Shown here in pieces: positions 39,764-49,899 of a stretch of 64,000 bases of DNA (within the stretch, counting starts at the first letter, position 1; each line of letters opens with the position of its first letter). The DNA lies in NCBI GenBank assembly GCA_033764955.1, contig JANRIL010000020.1:32001-96000 (forward strand). The letters are read 5' to 3'. The position numbers and the translations under genes were made by a program. The DNA is from Cyanobacteriota bacterium (GTDB taxonomy: Bacteria > Cyanobacteriota > Cyanobacteriia > Thermostichales > Thermostichaceae). A model generated the notes under the pieces. The model saw only the letters and a program-made list of their open reading frames with translations. It searched no databases and was not told the origin of the DNA.

Positions 39764-41232
39764 CTAGGCCAATGCAACCACTCCGCTAGAAAGGGTGGCA
39801 TGGGCAGCAAGATCATGATCATCAAAAACAGAGCCACCAATACCCAAATCTCACGACTATCATCAATCTCGGTGATTTCATTCAAAGGAGGGCGTTCCGG
39901 TTCTCGCACCAAAAATAAAATCAACAAAGCCCAATAGAGCGCCACAATATTACTCAGGGAGGCAATGGCTAAAAAGATTAAGCTGACCACAGTTGTCCGT
40001 CCGGCAGTTTTGCGACCATAGACCGCCTGAACCAAGCGCCCTCCATCCAACTGTCCGGCAGGTAACAGGCTCAACGCCGTGATGCCCAATCCAATCCACC
40101 CCACCGCTACCAGAGGATGGATGCCAATAACATCGGACTGAAGAGCGGATCCCATGACCATCTGGGCTAGTGTACCCACTAAAATTGAGCTGCGAAACAA
40201 AACGGTGGGTAGATAAATCTCTCCCATCTGACCAGACCAAAGCAGTCCCACCAATAGCAGACCCAGGGATAAAAGACCTCCCACCGCAGGCCCTGCCAGC
40301 GCGATATCGAATAGAGCGCGTCGATCAGGAAGTGGAGATTCGATACGGTTAAGGGATCCCAATGTGCCGATGCCCGTGGTGGGAATGAGAAAGAGCGGGC
40401 TAAGGCGCACCCCATAGCGCTTCGCCATCAGATGATGCCCTAATTCATGCCCCAGCAAAGTCGCCAAAATCCCGATCGCAATGGGCAGCGCTTCCCACCA
40501 CCGCCCGGCTGCCTCCATCAGGCGAAAGCCCAGCAAATTTGCCCCAACTTCTAAAGTCGTCAAACAACTTGCTAACCCTAACCCCGTCGCCAACGCCCAA
40601 ATTCCGTAGGAGGTGGGTTGATTCACCACCGATGCGGGCAACACCACCACGGCAGGCTTCTCCTGAGTATCCTCCACCAAAAACAGGCAAAACCCTTCCC
40701 CGATTACCTGCCGCAATCGCTCCGTCAGCCGCTCCAAAGCGACTTGGGGATCCAGCCGTAAATTTCCCTTAAAGATTGCCCCCTGTCCATAGGGGATCCG
40801 TTCCGTGACAAAAAAGCTATCCACCCCAAAAATAGCCTCTATCGCCTCTCGATCTTGAGCGGTCAGGCTGGTTTTGGTTTGGCTCTGACCAGAGTCTCCC
40901 TCCTCTCTGGCTAGCTCCAAGTCTAGAGAAAGCGACTCGCCTGAGTGTCCCTGGTTAGCTAGCTCCTCCTTTGCCAAGCGCCGTACCCAGCCACCCAACA
41001 AAATATAAAGTCCGGTAAAGAGCAACAGACTAAATATGAATCCTGCCACATTCCAAGAAATGCCCAAAGCTGGCAAGCCCAAAGACAACACCCAAGGCAG
41101 GATCAGCAGGAGGCTTTGCAGCCATGCTAAGAGAGCCACCCGTCCCCGCTTCCAGGCTCGTCGCAATCCCCAGCCCAAAAAGGCCAGCGCTGCCACCATC
41201 AAGAGTGGGGTGATTTCATTGACAATGTTCAT
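39760..41232 (-). CDS. Site-2 protease (M50) family
   Basis: HELGH, AGP, LPAGQLDGG. Confidence 0.9.
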   Translation of the reverse strand: MNIVNEITPLLMVAALAFLGWGLRRAWKRGRVALLAWLQSLLLILPWVLSLGLPALGISWNVAGFIFSLLLFTGLYILLGGWVRRLAKEELANQGHSGESLSLDLELAREEGDSGQSQTKTSLTAQDREAIEAIFGVDSFFVTERIPYGQGAIFKGNLRLDPQVALERLTERLRQVIGEGFCLFLVEDTQEKPAVVVLPASVVNQPTSYGIWALATGLGLASCLTTLEVGANLLGFRLMEAAGRWWEALPIAIGILATLLGHELGHHLMAKRYGVRLSPLFLIPTTGIGTLGSLNRIESPLPDRRALFDIALAGPAVGGLLSLGLLLVGLLWSGQMGEIYLPTVLFRSSILVGTLAQMVMGSALQSDVIGIHPLVAVGWIGLGITALSLLPAGQLDGGRLVQAVYGRKTAGRTTVVSLIFLAIASLSNIVALYWALLILFLVREPERPPLNEITEIDDSREIWVLVALFLMIMILLPMPPFLAEWLHWPS

Positions 41233-41330
41233 GGTTGAGCAGAGTGACAGGGCAAAAGGGGTGCATCCTTCAGCTTATCAAACCCCTTCTCCTCTCTTGT
41301 TGGCAGGTTGGTTGGCTTAACCGGGCTGGC

Positions 41331-42434
41331 CTAGCCGAGGGCGGGTTGTCCGACCGCCGCCGCGGATGGGGTTTGCTGCATCCGGCGCGTGATAGGGCTG
41401 GGGAGAGGTTTGATCAGGAATAAGCGCAGAAACTCCAGGGCATTGGCGGCGTAAAAAGGTAGCTTGCGGAGGGTTTTCAGGGATCCCTCTCCACGGGCAA
41501 TGGCTCTGAGGCGGTGATTGTTGGCGACACAGCGATCCAGCGCCGCCACAAACTCGGGATGCTCGACATGCAAAACCACCGGGAACACCTTGCCAGCATC
41601 CGCATTCGTTTTGCGGATCACTTCCAGATCATAGGTTTTCGGATCTAACCCCAGTAGTTGGTAAAACTCAGGTCGCTCCGCCACATCATTCAGATACATC
41701 GTGGCAAACACCGACAACAAAAAGAAGCGACACCAGAGGTGAGCCGCCAGCCCTCGCAACAGCTTCGGCTGACTCGAGAGCATCAACGAAAAGAAATCCC
41801 CATGCCGACTTTCGTCCTGGCACCAGTTCTTGAAGAAATTAAAGATGGGGTAAACCCGATGTTCGGGATGGGCTTCTAGGTGACGATAGATCAAGATATA
41901 GCGCCAGTAGCCAATCTTCTCAGACAGATAGGTGGCGTAGAAAATAAAGCGGGGGGCAAAGTAGGTATAAGACTTGTTTTTGGTCAAAAAGCCCAAATCC
42001 AGAGCCAAATCAAAGTCACTCATGGCTCGATTGAGGAACCCAGCATGACGAGCTTCATCTCGGCTCATCAGATTAAAACACTCCGCCAAGACCGGACTGC
42101 TCTGCTTCAGCTTACGGGATAGTTCCTTATAGAGCAGAAAGCCAGAGAACTCAGCGGTGCAGGAGCGCTCCAAAAACTCCACAAACAACCGCCTCACCTC
42201 TGGATCTAGGTGATCCCACGATTGCTCAAACTCGGATCCCCGCACAAAGTGGTGTTGGTTATAGTCGGTGCGAAACTCCTTGAGCATCGCCTCAAACTCA
42301 GCCGCTGAGCCACCGATATCCATCCGGGCAATCGCCTCAAAATCAGTGGTGTAAAAACGCGGGGTCAAGATATTCTCGCTGGGAACACGAGCTTGAGTAT
42401 CAGCAGGTTTGGGGGAGAGGGTAGCAGAGGTCAT
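41331..42434 (-). CDS. acsF: Mg-protoporphyrin IX monomethyl ester oxidative cyclase
   Basis: [36 protein letters not shown]. Confidence 0.95.
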   Translation of the reverse strand: MTSATLSPKPADTQARVPSENILTPRFYTTDFEAIARMDIGGSAAEFEAMLKEFRTDYNQHHFVRGSEFEQSWDHLDPEVRRLFVEFLERSCTAEFSGFLLYKELSRKLKQSSPVLAECFNLMSRDEARHAGFLNRAMSDFDLALDLGFLTKNKSYTYFAPRFIFYATYLSEKIGYWRYILIYRHLEAHPEHRVYPIFNFFKNWCQDESRHGDFFSLMLSSQPKLLRGLAAHLWCRFFLLSVFATMYLNDVAERPEFYQLLGLDPKTYDLEVIRKTNADAGKVFPVVLHVEHPEFVAALDRCVANNHRLRAIARGEGSLKTLRKLPFYAANALEFLRLFLIKPLPSPITRRMQQTPSAAAVGQPALG

Positions 42435-42926
42435 AAGTTCATCAAGGTAAAAAACGCAGATAGTAGGGAGCGCAAGCCCTAAATTGAGGAAAGGAAACTC
42501 AGTTTAGTTAGGATAGCCCCATACCTAAGCATTGGGCTGAGGAGAAACAAAGGCTGACTGCCCCCTCAGCAGTTTACCAGTTGCCTTGTGACTCGTTAGA
42601 TAAGAAGTGTTACCTACCCACGGGCTGTTGTTGCCCCATTCGGCCAGTTAGCCATTCTCTGCTGAAAACCTCCTACTCTGGGGCTGCTTGCCTCGCAGTC
42701 AAAGAATCTCAAATCTGAAATCTGGTCAGACCCAGATCCCTGGTGTAAAGTTATGATTATTGGGATAGACATCTTCTGCTGCCACGTAGCCATCTGCAAT
42801 TGAGTCTTATGCAGAATATGTGTAAAGTGGTAGACGATATGCGTTATGGCTGTATCATGTCTTTCCAGGATTAACTGCTGACTTTGGCAGAGTAATATCT
42901 GAAAGCCCAAGGTACGGTTCTAATCG

Positions 42927-42935
42927 GTGTGAGGA
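42927..42935 (+). promoter_or_regulatory. Putative Yfr1 sRNA pairing site in porin 5' UTR
   Basis: GTGTGAGGA is complementary to the Yfr1 core ACUCCUCACAC; about 20 nt before the ATG. Confidence 0.55.
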
Positions 42936-42954
42936 AAAGAACAAGGAGAGAAAC

Positions 42955-44556
42955 ATGTCCGCGAATCATGCGAACCATTGGAAAACCCTGCTGGCTGGCA
43001 CCCTGGGTGCGGCGGCAGTTTTGACCCCAGGCATCGCTCAGGCACAACAAGTTGCCCAAGCCTCTGGCCCTGTGACAGCGATTTCTGAACTGTCTGATGT
43101 TCAGCCCACAGACTGGGCGTTTCAAGCTTTACAATCTCTGGTCGAGCGTTACGGTTGTATTGCTGGTTATCCTGACCGCACCTACCGTGGCAACCGAGCC
43201 ATGACTCGTTTTGAGTTTGCGGCAGGGATGAACGCTTGCTTAGACCGCATCAACGAATTGATTGCGGCTGGTTTGGCTGACAAAGTATCGAAAGAAGATT
43301 TGGCTACTCTGCAGCGCTTGCAAGAGGAATTTGCGGCTGAGTTGGCAGCACTAAAGGGTCGGGTTGACCAACTAGAAGCTGATGTTGCCGATCTGCAAAG
43401 CAAAGTCTTTAACCCCGTCACCAAGCTAAGAGCTGCCGTGATCACCGCTTTGGTGGGTAGTGCCTTGTCGGATGATCGCGTCATTGATGGTGAGACTGTG
43501 GTGGCTAGCGATCAAGCCAACATGACCTTGCCCTACCGCGTCCGGATGAACTTTGATGCTTCCTTCACCGGAAGTGATCGTTTAAGAATTCGTTTGCAGG
43601 CTCGTAACGCTAACACCCAGTTCTTCGATGGCGACCCTGGCTTGGGCTTTGGCGGTGGCGGTGGTGGAACTTTCACCCTAGCCAAGTTGTTTTATCAGTT
43701 CAACACCTTTAACGATGCCGTCACTGTCTTAGCAGGGATTGAGGGTACCGGTAACTTTGACCTCTACAACTACGGTACTCCTTTTGATTCTCTCTCTGAC
43801 TTTGCTGATGCCCCTAATAGCACCGGCGACTTTGGAGATGCTTTGCTTGGTTTCAAAATTCAACCGGGTGAGCAATTCTCCCTCTCCTACTTCTATGGAA
43901 CCGGTGGAAATGCTTCCAGCCTCGGAGATGGATTTGGGGATGCCGGTGTCACCGGTGGTGACACAGCTCACGGTGTGGAACTGGGCTTCACCCCTACCGA
44001 CACGATTGAGCTTTATCTGCAATTCCAAACCACCTATGTGCAGGATGCTACTACTGCGGGTGATTACCTAGCCAGTGGAACGACTTTGTTCCGTGGTCCT
44101 CTCTTCGTGGGTGAAGAGCCTGTTTCGGGAACCAGTGCCCGCACCAATGCCTTCTCCTTTGCGGCTAACTGGGAAATCACTCCTCGTGTTATCCTGTCTG
44201 GCTGGTTTACCACGGGTAACATTGACTATTCCCTCCCCAACGTGATCCCTGCCGGTACTGTGGATCCTGGAGATGAAGACTTCAATGGCTTCTTGATTGG
44301 TTTGGCTTTCCCTGACTTGTTTATCGAGGGTGCTCAGGGTGGAGTTGTCTTTGGTCAACCCATTGTGACCACCAGCAATGATGGAGTTTGGGATACTCGC
44401 CCCTTCATCTTTGACATCTACTACAGCTTCCCAGTCAATGACTACATCACCTTGACTCCGGCTGCTTATTTTGTCAGCAACCCCAACGGTGCCCTGCCTG
44501 GTGACAATGACCCCACCATTGGTGTTGGCGCTCTGAGAGCAACCTTCAGCTTCTAA
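42955..44556 (+). CDS. SLH-domain OprB-type outer-membrane porin (Som family)
   Basis: DVQPTDWAFQALQSLVERYGCIAGYPD, coiled coil, terminal RATFSF. Confidence 0.95.
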   Translation: MSANHANHWKTLLAGTLGAAAVLTPGIAQAQQVAQASGPVTAISELSDVQPTDWAFQALQSLVERYGCIAGYPDRTYRGNRAMTRFEFAAGMNACLDRINELIAAGLADKVSKEDLATLQRLQEEFAAELAALKGRVDQLEADVADLQSKVFNPVTKLRAAVITALVGSALSDDRVIDGETVVASDQANMTLPYRVRMNFDASFTGSDRLRIRLQARNANTQFFDGDPGLGFGGGGGGTFTLAKLFYQFNTFNDAVTVLAGIEGTGNFDLYNYGTPFDSLSDFADAPNSTGDFGDALLGFKIQPGEQFSLSYFYGTGGNASSLGDGFGDAGVTGGDTAHGVELGFTPTDTIELYLQFQTTYVQDATTAGDYLASGTTLFRGPLFVGEEPVSGTSARTNAFSFAANWEITPRVILSGWFTTGNIDYSLPNVIPAGTVDPGDEDFNGFLIGLAFPDLFIEGAQGGVVFGQPIVTTSNDGVWDTRPFIFDIYYSFPVNDYITLTPAAYFVSNPNGALPGDNDPTIGVGALRATFSF

Positions 44557-44585
44557 GATCTCTACTTAGGTTCTTAAATTTAGCT

Positions 44586-44616
44586 AAAGAGCTTTCCTGC
44601 GGGGAAGCTCTTTTTT
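44586..44616 (+). terminator. Intrinsic terminator
   Basis: AAAGAGCTTTCC...GGGAAGCTCTTTTTT. Confidence 0.8.
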
Positions 44617-44779
44617 GATGTATGTGGTTTGGGGATCCCATCCGCTCTTGATCACGGAAGTTCAGCCTGCCAACAGAAAGGCTTAATCAGCCTGGGATTT
44701 TGTCAATGGATCCCGCCTGCAAATGAGGCAGATCTTGGGGGTGTAGCCTGATTGCCGTGGGTGATTGGGAACGTTAGAC

Positions 44780-44973
44780 CTCCCAATCTGACTGCTGCTC
44801 AATTAGCGAGTTTGTATCGTATTAGCTATCAACTGACTTTTACGATGCTTCAACCTATTCATTTAATTTGTGTTGATGCGCGAACTCAAAATGTGTACGT
44901 CCTCGCTGGATATGACGAAGAGCTTGAGTTTCAAATTCTGCTCAATGGGGAGCCATCTGATGAGCCAGACTAA
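44780..44973 (+). pseudogene. DUF6888-like small protein (start codon apparently degraded)
   Basis: TAAQLASLYRISYQLTFTMLQPIHLICVDARTQNVYVLAG..EFQI..NGE. Confidence 0.6.
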
Positions 44974-45300
44974 TTATTCTGCAATGACTGATGCTGAATT
45001 AAAGCAATATTTTCTTAAACATCGTGGAGATCAAGCTGCTTTTCAACCATATAGTCATTCCAAATAAGAATGCGACCACCTAAATCTTGATATCCAAGCT
45101 TTGAGAGATTTTGGGTTTCTCAAACTAAATTGGAACAACTATATCTAGACAGAATTAATCAACGTCCACACAGGATTATTGCTAGTCCTGATGATCCTGA
45201 TTTTGATGAAAAAGTGCAAGCAGCAATTCGGCAAAAACTAAAAGCAGCAAGAAGCCGCCGCAATCAGCAGGCTAATAATTCAAATGCAGCGGACGGTTGA
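44960..45300 (+). pseudogene. DUF6887-like protein interrupted by a MITE
   Basis: MSQTNYSAMTDAELKQYFLKHRGDQAAFQPY|LDRINQRP...; removing 92 nt restores an 82-aa ORF. Confidence 0.75.
45052..45141. mobile_element. 90-bp MITE with imperfect TIRs and TA duplication
   Basis: TATAGTCATTCCAAATAAG vs reverse complement TATAGTTGTTCCAATTTAG (15/19 including TA); TA at 45050-51 and 45142-43. Confidence 0.75.
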
Positions 45301-45357
45301 GAACTGCTGGTGCTGAGTTCGAGGTCATCTACCGCCGCTGATTTGAGGCGGTTATCA
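45270..45357 (+). mobile_element. Integron attC site (solitary)
   Basis: GGCTAAT..CAAATgCAGCGGaCGG...CCGCCGCTGATTTG..GTTATCA; arms pair with two unpaired bases. Confidence 0.7.
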
Positions 45358-45366
45358 AAAAATGGG

Positions 45367-46875
45367 TTAGAGATCATCTAGGTGGATCCCGTCTGGCCAC
45401 GGGCGATCCCGATAGGGATACCAATAGTTCTTGCGCTCCATGATGTAGTCGATATGCACATGCTTGGGTTCGCGGAAAGCATCTAACCCTTCTTCCCCCA
45501 GTTCTCGCCCATTGCCACTCCAGCGCATTCCTCCAAACGGGGCGGCATCGTTGTCCGTTAAGGGATCATTCACCCAAAAAGTTCCCGCTTTGATGTTCTC
45601 CATCGCTTTCAGAGCATATTCCAAGCTGCGGGTATAGACGGAAGCCCCCAATCCAAACCGAGAATCGTTAGCCATCATAATCGCCTGATCCGCATCTTCG
45701 GCTTCGATGAGAGCAATCACCGGCCCAAAAATTTCTTCGGTGGTGGGCAGGCTACCGTGGCGGACGTTGGTTAACACCGTTGGCTCAAAAAAATGTCCGC
45801 ACCAATCCGGGATCCGTTGACCGCCCCGCAGCAGGGTGGCTCCCTCCTGGCAGGCTTGCCACACCTGTTTTTCCACTTTCTCCACAGCGTCGGCGGAAAT
45901 GAGTGGGCCAATGTCGGTTTCGGGGAGGAGGGGATCCCCCACCTTGAGGGAATGCACATGCTCCAGGAGTCGCTCACAAAACTCCTGAGCAATCGATTTG
46001 ACCAGATAGATGCGCTTAGAAGAGGTACAGACCTGTCCGGCGTTGAGAAGCCGTGCCCAGGCTACCCCCCGCACCGCTACCTCCAGATCCGCATCTTCAA
46101 AGACGATAAATGGATCGACTCCCCCCAGTTCCAGGTTGACCTTTTTCAGGTGTTGTCCGGCTACGGAGGCGATATGGCGACCCACCGCCGTCGATCCGGT
46201 AAAAGCAATCAGATCCACATCGGGGTGTTGAATCAGCGCCTCTCCGGTGGAGCCATCTCCGGTAATCACATTGACGACTCCCGGCGGCAAGATATCGTAG
46301 GCTTTCGCCATCAGGAGATTGGAAAGGGGATTTTGGTGAGGAGGCTTGCAAACTAGCGTATTGCCAGCGGCGAGTGCGGGGGCAACCTTCCAGGCCATCA
46401 GCAGGAGGGGAAAGTTGAAGGGCACGATCGCCGCCACTACCCCATATGGCTCTTTGATGGTGAAATTCAGTTGATGGGGAGCCACGGGAGGAATCGAGTT
46501 GCCCCGGCTGGCGCGTCCCACTTCGGCATAGTATTCAAAGCAAGCCGCCACCCACTCCACACAGTCCAGCGACTCGATCAAGGGCTTACCGGATTCACGG
46601 GTCAAGAGGAGGGCTAACTCATGCTCCATCCCCCGAATGCGGGATCCCACCTCCCGTAACAAGGCGGCTTTCTCTAGCCCCGGCATTTTCCACCAATCCC
46701 GTTGAGCTTGGCGAGCGGCTCGCACCGCCCCATCCACATCTTCAGCAGAACAGTCTGGTACGGTACTGAGGGTTTCTAGGGTAGCGGGATTGTGGATAGA
46801 ACGGCTTTGCTGGCTCTGTGAGGGGATCCACTGCCCATTGATATAAATCAGCTCCACACTCCCTATCCCCCGCAT
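45367..46875 (-). CDS. Aldehyde dehydrogenase
   Basis: PFNFP, FTGST, LELGG, NAGQVC, EEIFGP. Confidence 0.93.
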   Translation of the reverse strand: MRGIGSVELIYINGQWIPSQSQQSRSIHNPATLETLSTVPDCSAEDVDGAVRAARQAQRDWWKMPGLEKAALLREVGSRIRGMEHELALLLTRESGKPLIESLDCVEWVAACFEYYAEVGRASRGNSIPPVAPHQLNFTIKEPYGVVAAIVPFNFPLLLMAWKVAPALAAGNTLVCKPPHQNPLSNLLMAKAYDILPPGVVNVITGDGSTGEALIQHPDVDLIAFTGSTAVGRHIASVAGQHLKKVNLELGGVDPFIVFEDADLEVAVRGVAWARLLNAGQVCTSSKRIYLVKSIAQEFCERLLEHVHSLKVGDPLLPETDIGPLISADAVEKVEKQVWQACQEGATLLRGGQRIPDWCGHFFEPTVLTNVRHGSLPTTEEIFGPVIALIEAEDADQAIMMANDSRFGLGASVYTRSLEYALKAMENIKAGTFWVNDPLTDNDAAPFGGMRWSGNGRELGEEGLDAFREPKHVHIDYIMERKNYWYPYRDRPWPDGIHLDDL

Positions 46876-46914
46876 GTTCTTGGCTCGATTGTAATCTGGA
46901 AAATTCTGAGAGAG

Positions 46915-48111
46915 TTAGCGATTGGCTCGATAGAGGAGGGCTAATCCCACCAGACAGCCAACCGTGTTGGGCAACCAAGCGGCAAGGGCTGGGCCTAAGG
47001 CTCCCGTTTGTCCGAGCGCCTGCATGACAAAGGAAAAAACGTAGTAGCCAAAAATAATCAACACACTGATCCCCAATCCCAGGGAGGAACTGGTACGCTG
47101 AGGCCGCAATCCCAAAGGGGATCCCACCAAAGCAAAGGTCAGGCAGGCAAAGGGGATCGCATATTTCAGATGCAGATGAACCTGCAACCGCCTCACCTGT
47201 TGCAGATCTCCAGAACTGGCCATCACCTGAATATGCCGACTCAGCTCACGGATATTCATCTCTTCAGGACTACGGGCTTCTTGCGCCAGATCGAGGGGGG
47301 CACGGGAGAGGGAGATGTCTTGGCGGGTGAAGGTGGCGATGTTGCTGTAGGTGCCATCCGGGGAGACGATATAGTTGGTGCCATCCAAAAACAGCCACGT
47401 GTTGGTTTCGGGCTGCCATTCTCCGGTGGCGGCTAACAAAATTTGGTTCAGCGATTCATTAGAAAAATCCAGGACAATAATGCCCCGCATAGTGCGTCCG
47501 TCAAAGCTGCGGGCATAAAACTGGCGGGTGAGTCCTTGGCGGCGGGTAACGGCTCCGTTGCTGTCTTGGCCGGTGATGTTGCCAAATTCCTGGTAGAGAA
47601 TGTTTTCCCGCCGAAATTGGGGATCCCGGTCAAGGGCGCGGTTGAGGGTAATCGCCGATTGGCGATTGGCGGAAGGAACCACCCACTCATTCAGGGCAAA
47701 AGTCAGGCTGGTCACCAGCAGGCTGAGGGCAATCGCCGGAACCACCAAACGATAGATGCTCACCCCGCAACTGCGGAGGGCAGTCATTTCACTATCCCCA
47801 GACAGTCGCCCATAGGCTAAGAGAGTGGCCAAAAGCATCGACATGGGAAAGGTCAGCACGATGATCCCCGGTGCTCGCAACGCAAACACCTGCAACGCGG
47901 CGGGGATGGGCAACCCCGATTCCGCTACCAGGCGAACTAACTCAAACAAAGAGCCAATCGCCATGACCAAACCCGTAAAAGCCCCTACCCCAAAGAAAAA
48001 GGGAAGCGCCATTTCCGAGATCAAATAGCGATCCATCATGCCTAGCGAAGTCCAGGCAGAAATCTTGGGGATCTTTGGGGTTGAGGGAAGGGAAGCTTTG
48101 ACAGGGATCAC
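46915..48111 (-). CDS. LptF/LptG family LPS export permease
   Basis: [26 protein letters not shown]; start uncertain. Confidence 0.9.
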   Translation of the reverse strand: MIPVKASLPSTPKIPKISAWTSLGMMDRYLISEMALPFFFGVGAFTGLVMAIGSLFELVRLVAESGLPIPAALQVFALRAPGIIVLTFPMSMLLATLLAYGRLSGDSEMTALRSCGVSIYRLVVPAIALSLLVTSLTFALNEWVVPSANRQSAITLNRALDRDPQFRRENILYQEFGNITGQDSNGAVTRRQGLTRQFYARSFDGRTMRGIIVLDFSNESLNQILLAATGEWQPETNTWLFLDGTNYIVSPDGTYSNIATFTRQDISLSRAPLDLAQEARSPEEMNIRELSRHIQVMASSGDLQQVRRLQVHLHLKYAIPFACLTFALVGSPLGLRPQRTSSSLGLGISVLIIFGYYVFSFVMQALGQTGALGPALAAWLPNTVGCLVGLALLYRANR

Positions 48112-48842
48112 AGACGAAAATTTTCTCCCAGGTAGTATTTGCGAACCAAGGGATCCGCCGTTAACTCGGTGGAGGATCCTTTAGCAAGAATGGCTCCATC
48201 GTTGAGGATATAGGCTCGATCCGTAATTTCCAGAGTCTCCCGTACATTGTGATCGGTGATCAAGACGCCGATGCCACGGTGTTTGAGTTTAGCCACCACC
48301 TCTTGAATATCGGCGACGGCAATCGGATCCACCCCGGCAAACGGCTCATCTAGCAACAAAAACTGTGGGCCATGAAATCCGGCAGCCAGGGCACGGGCAA
48401 TTTCGGCGCGCCGTCGTTCTCCCCCCGACACCTGTAACCCCAGACTGGCGGCTACATGGGTGATGCGAAATTCTTCCAGTAGCTGGGTGAGGCGCTGTTG
48501 CCAGAGGCGGCGGGGTACGCCGGTTTGCTCCATGATCAGGAGGAGGTTGTCTTGAATGCTGAGACGGCGAAAAATGCTGGGTTCCTGGGCGAGATAGCCG
48601 ATGCCCAGTTGCGCGCGTCGGTGCATCGGCAGGTTGGTGATATCCTGCTGATCGAGCCAAACATGCCCCCGATTGGGTTGCACCAGCCCCGTCATGATGT
48701 AGAAGGTGGTAGTTTTACCGGCTCCGTTGGGACCCAATAAGCCGACGATTTCCCCCTGTTCGATGTGCAGGCTGACATCACTCACCACTTCCCGCCGACC
48801 ATAGCGCTTACAAATATTCTCCAGACGAACTTTCATGGGCAT
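48108..48842 (-). CDS. lptB: LPS export ABC transporter ATPase
   Basis: [37 protein letters not shown]. Confidence 0.95.
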   Translation of the reverse strand: MPMKVRLENICKRYGRREVVSDVSLHIEQGEIVGLLGPNGAGKTTTFYIMTGLVQPNRGHVWLDQQDITNLPMHRRAQLGIGYLAQEPSIFRRLSIQDNLLLIMEQTGVPRRLWQQRLTQLLEEFRITHVAASLGLQVSGGERRRAEIARALAAGFHGPQFLLLDEPFAGVDPIAVADIQEVVAKLKHRGIGVLITDHNVRETLEITDRAYILNDGAILAKGSSTELTADPLVRKYYLGENFRL

Positions 48843-49029
48843 CCTCTAGGCTGGCAAGGATAACTGGCTAGGGGTTGGGAGGGTGGTCGGCGTTGCCGTA
48901 TCCACGTGACAGGAAACTCTGTTGATTATGGCGGTGATGAATCCGGGTTGGCTAGGGCATTTTTAGCATAGAACACCGTCGCCTCCCGTCTTAACTTCTG
49001 TTTTTAGGGATTTTTAGGAATTGACTGTC

Positions 49030-49863
49030 ATGGTGGATATTCACTCGCTGTTGAATCAGATCGCCCAGCAGGAACACCACGTCACGGATCAGCCGTTCTT
49101 AGCACCCTGCTTAGCGGGTGGCTCGGTTTGTACCCGCCTCAAGGGGTTGGTCTATACCTTTCGGGTAGAGCCAGCCGATTTTGCTGGTTGGGGGATCCTG
49201 CAAGCCGTGAATGCTCAGGTTGCCCGTTGGGTAGCCGAGCCGACCCTCATGCAAATCAGCGAGTATCTAAAATTGTGGCGACCTTTGCGCCTCTGGTTGG
49301 TGAAACCGTTATCGGGATCCGCTTGGTTGGGCTATCCCGTTAATGCCGGGGATATGCGGCAACGCTGGGGGTGGGTGAAACCGTTACCCGTGCATCTGGT
49401 TGAGGGAGGGGGACAGTTTGAGGGGATTGTGGCGCGCTGGGATGGCAAAACCTGTTGGTTTGCTGAGGCAGATCGGCGGGCGGATCCCCAGATCAGCCAG
49501 CAGTTGCAGGCACACTACCGCCGCTTCACCCCTCCGCAGCAGTTGGCCTTCCCAGGATTAACACCAGAGATGCGAGCCGCCTATCAACTGGCTAGCCAGG
49601 GATCCCAGGGTTTTGTCAAACACCAGCCGCCAGAGGATCGGCTAGCCGCTGCTCTGCGGATGGGGGGAGGGCAGTTGCAACACTACCGCGATCAGGGGGA
49701 CTATTGGCAGGTGAGCTGGTTGACTGCCGATGGAGAACCGCACATGAGCGCTATCGATCCCCAGGATCTGACGGTGATCAGCGCGGGCATTTGCTTGAGT
49801 GGGCGGGATCAAGATTTTGACCTGACATCGCTGGTAGGAGTTATGGAGGGCAAAAATGAATGA
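49030..49863 (+). CDS. Conserved hypothetical protein
   Basis: Clean ORF with FLAPC..GG, GWG and SAGICLSGRDQDFDLTSLVGV motifs; function unknown. Confidence 0.7.
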   Translation: MVDIHSLLNQIAQQEHHVTDQPFLAPCLAGGSVCTRLKGLVYTFRVEPADFAGWGILQAVNAQVARWVAEPTLMQISEYLKLWRPLRLWLVKPLSGSAWLGYPVNAGDMRQRWGWVKPLPVHLVEGGGQFEGIVARWDGKTCWFAEADRRADPQISQQLQAHYRRFTPPQQLAFPGLTPEMRAAYQLASQGSQGFVKHQPPEDRLAAALRMGGGQLQHYRDQGDYWQVSWLTADGEPHMSAIDPQDLTVISAGICLSGRDQDFDLTSLVGVMEGKNE

Positions 49864-49899
49864 AATGGGTCTTAATGACGGTTGAGAACACGGATCAAC

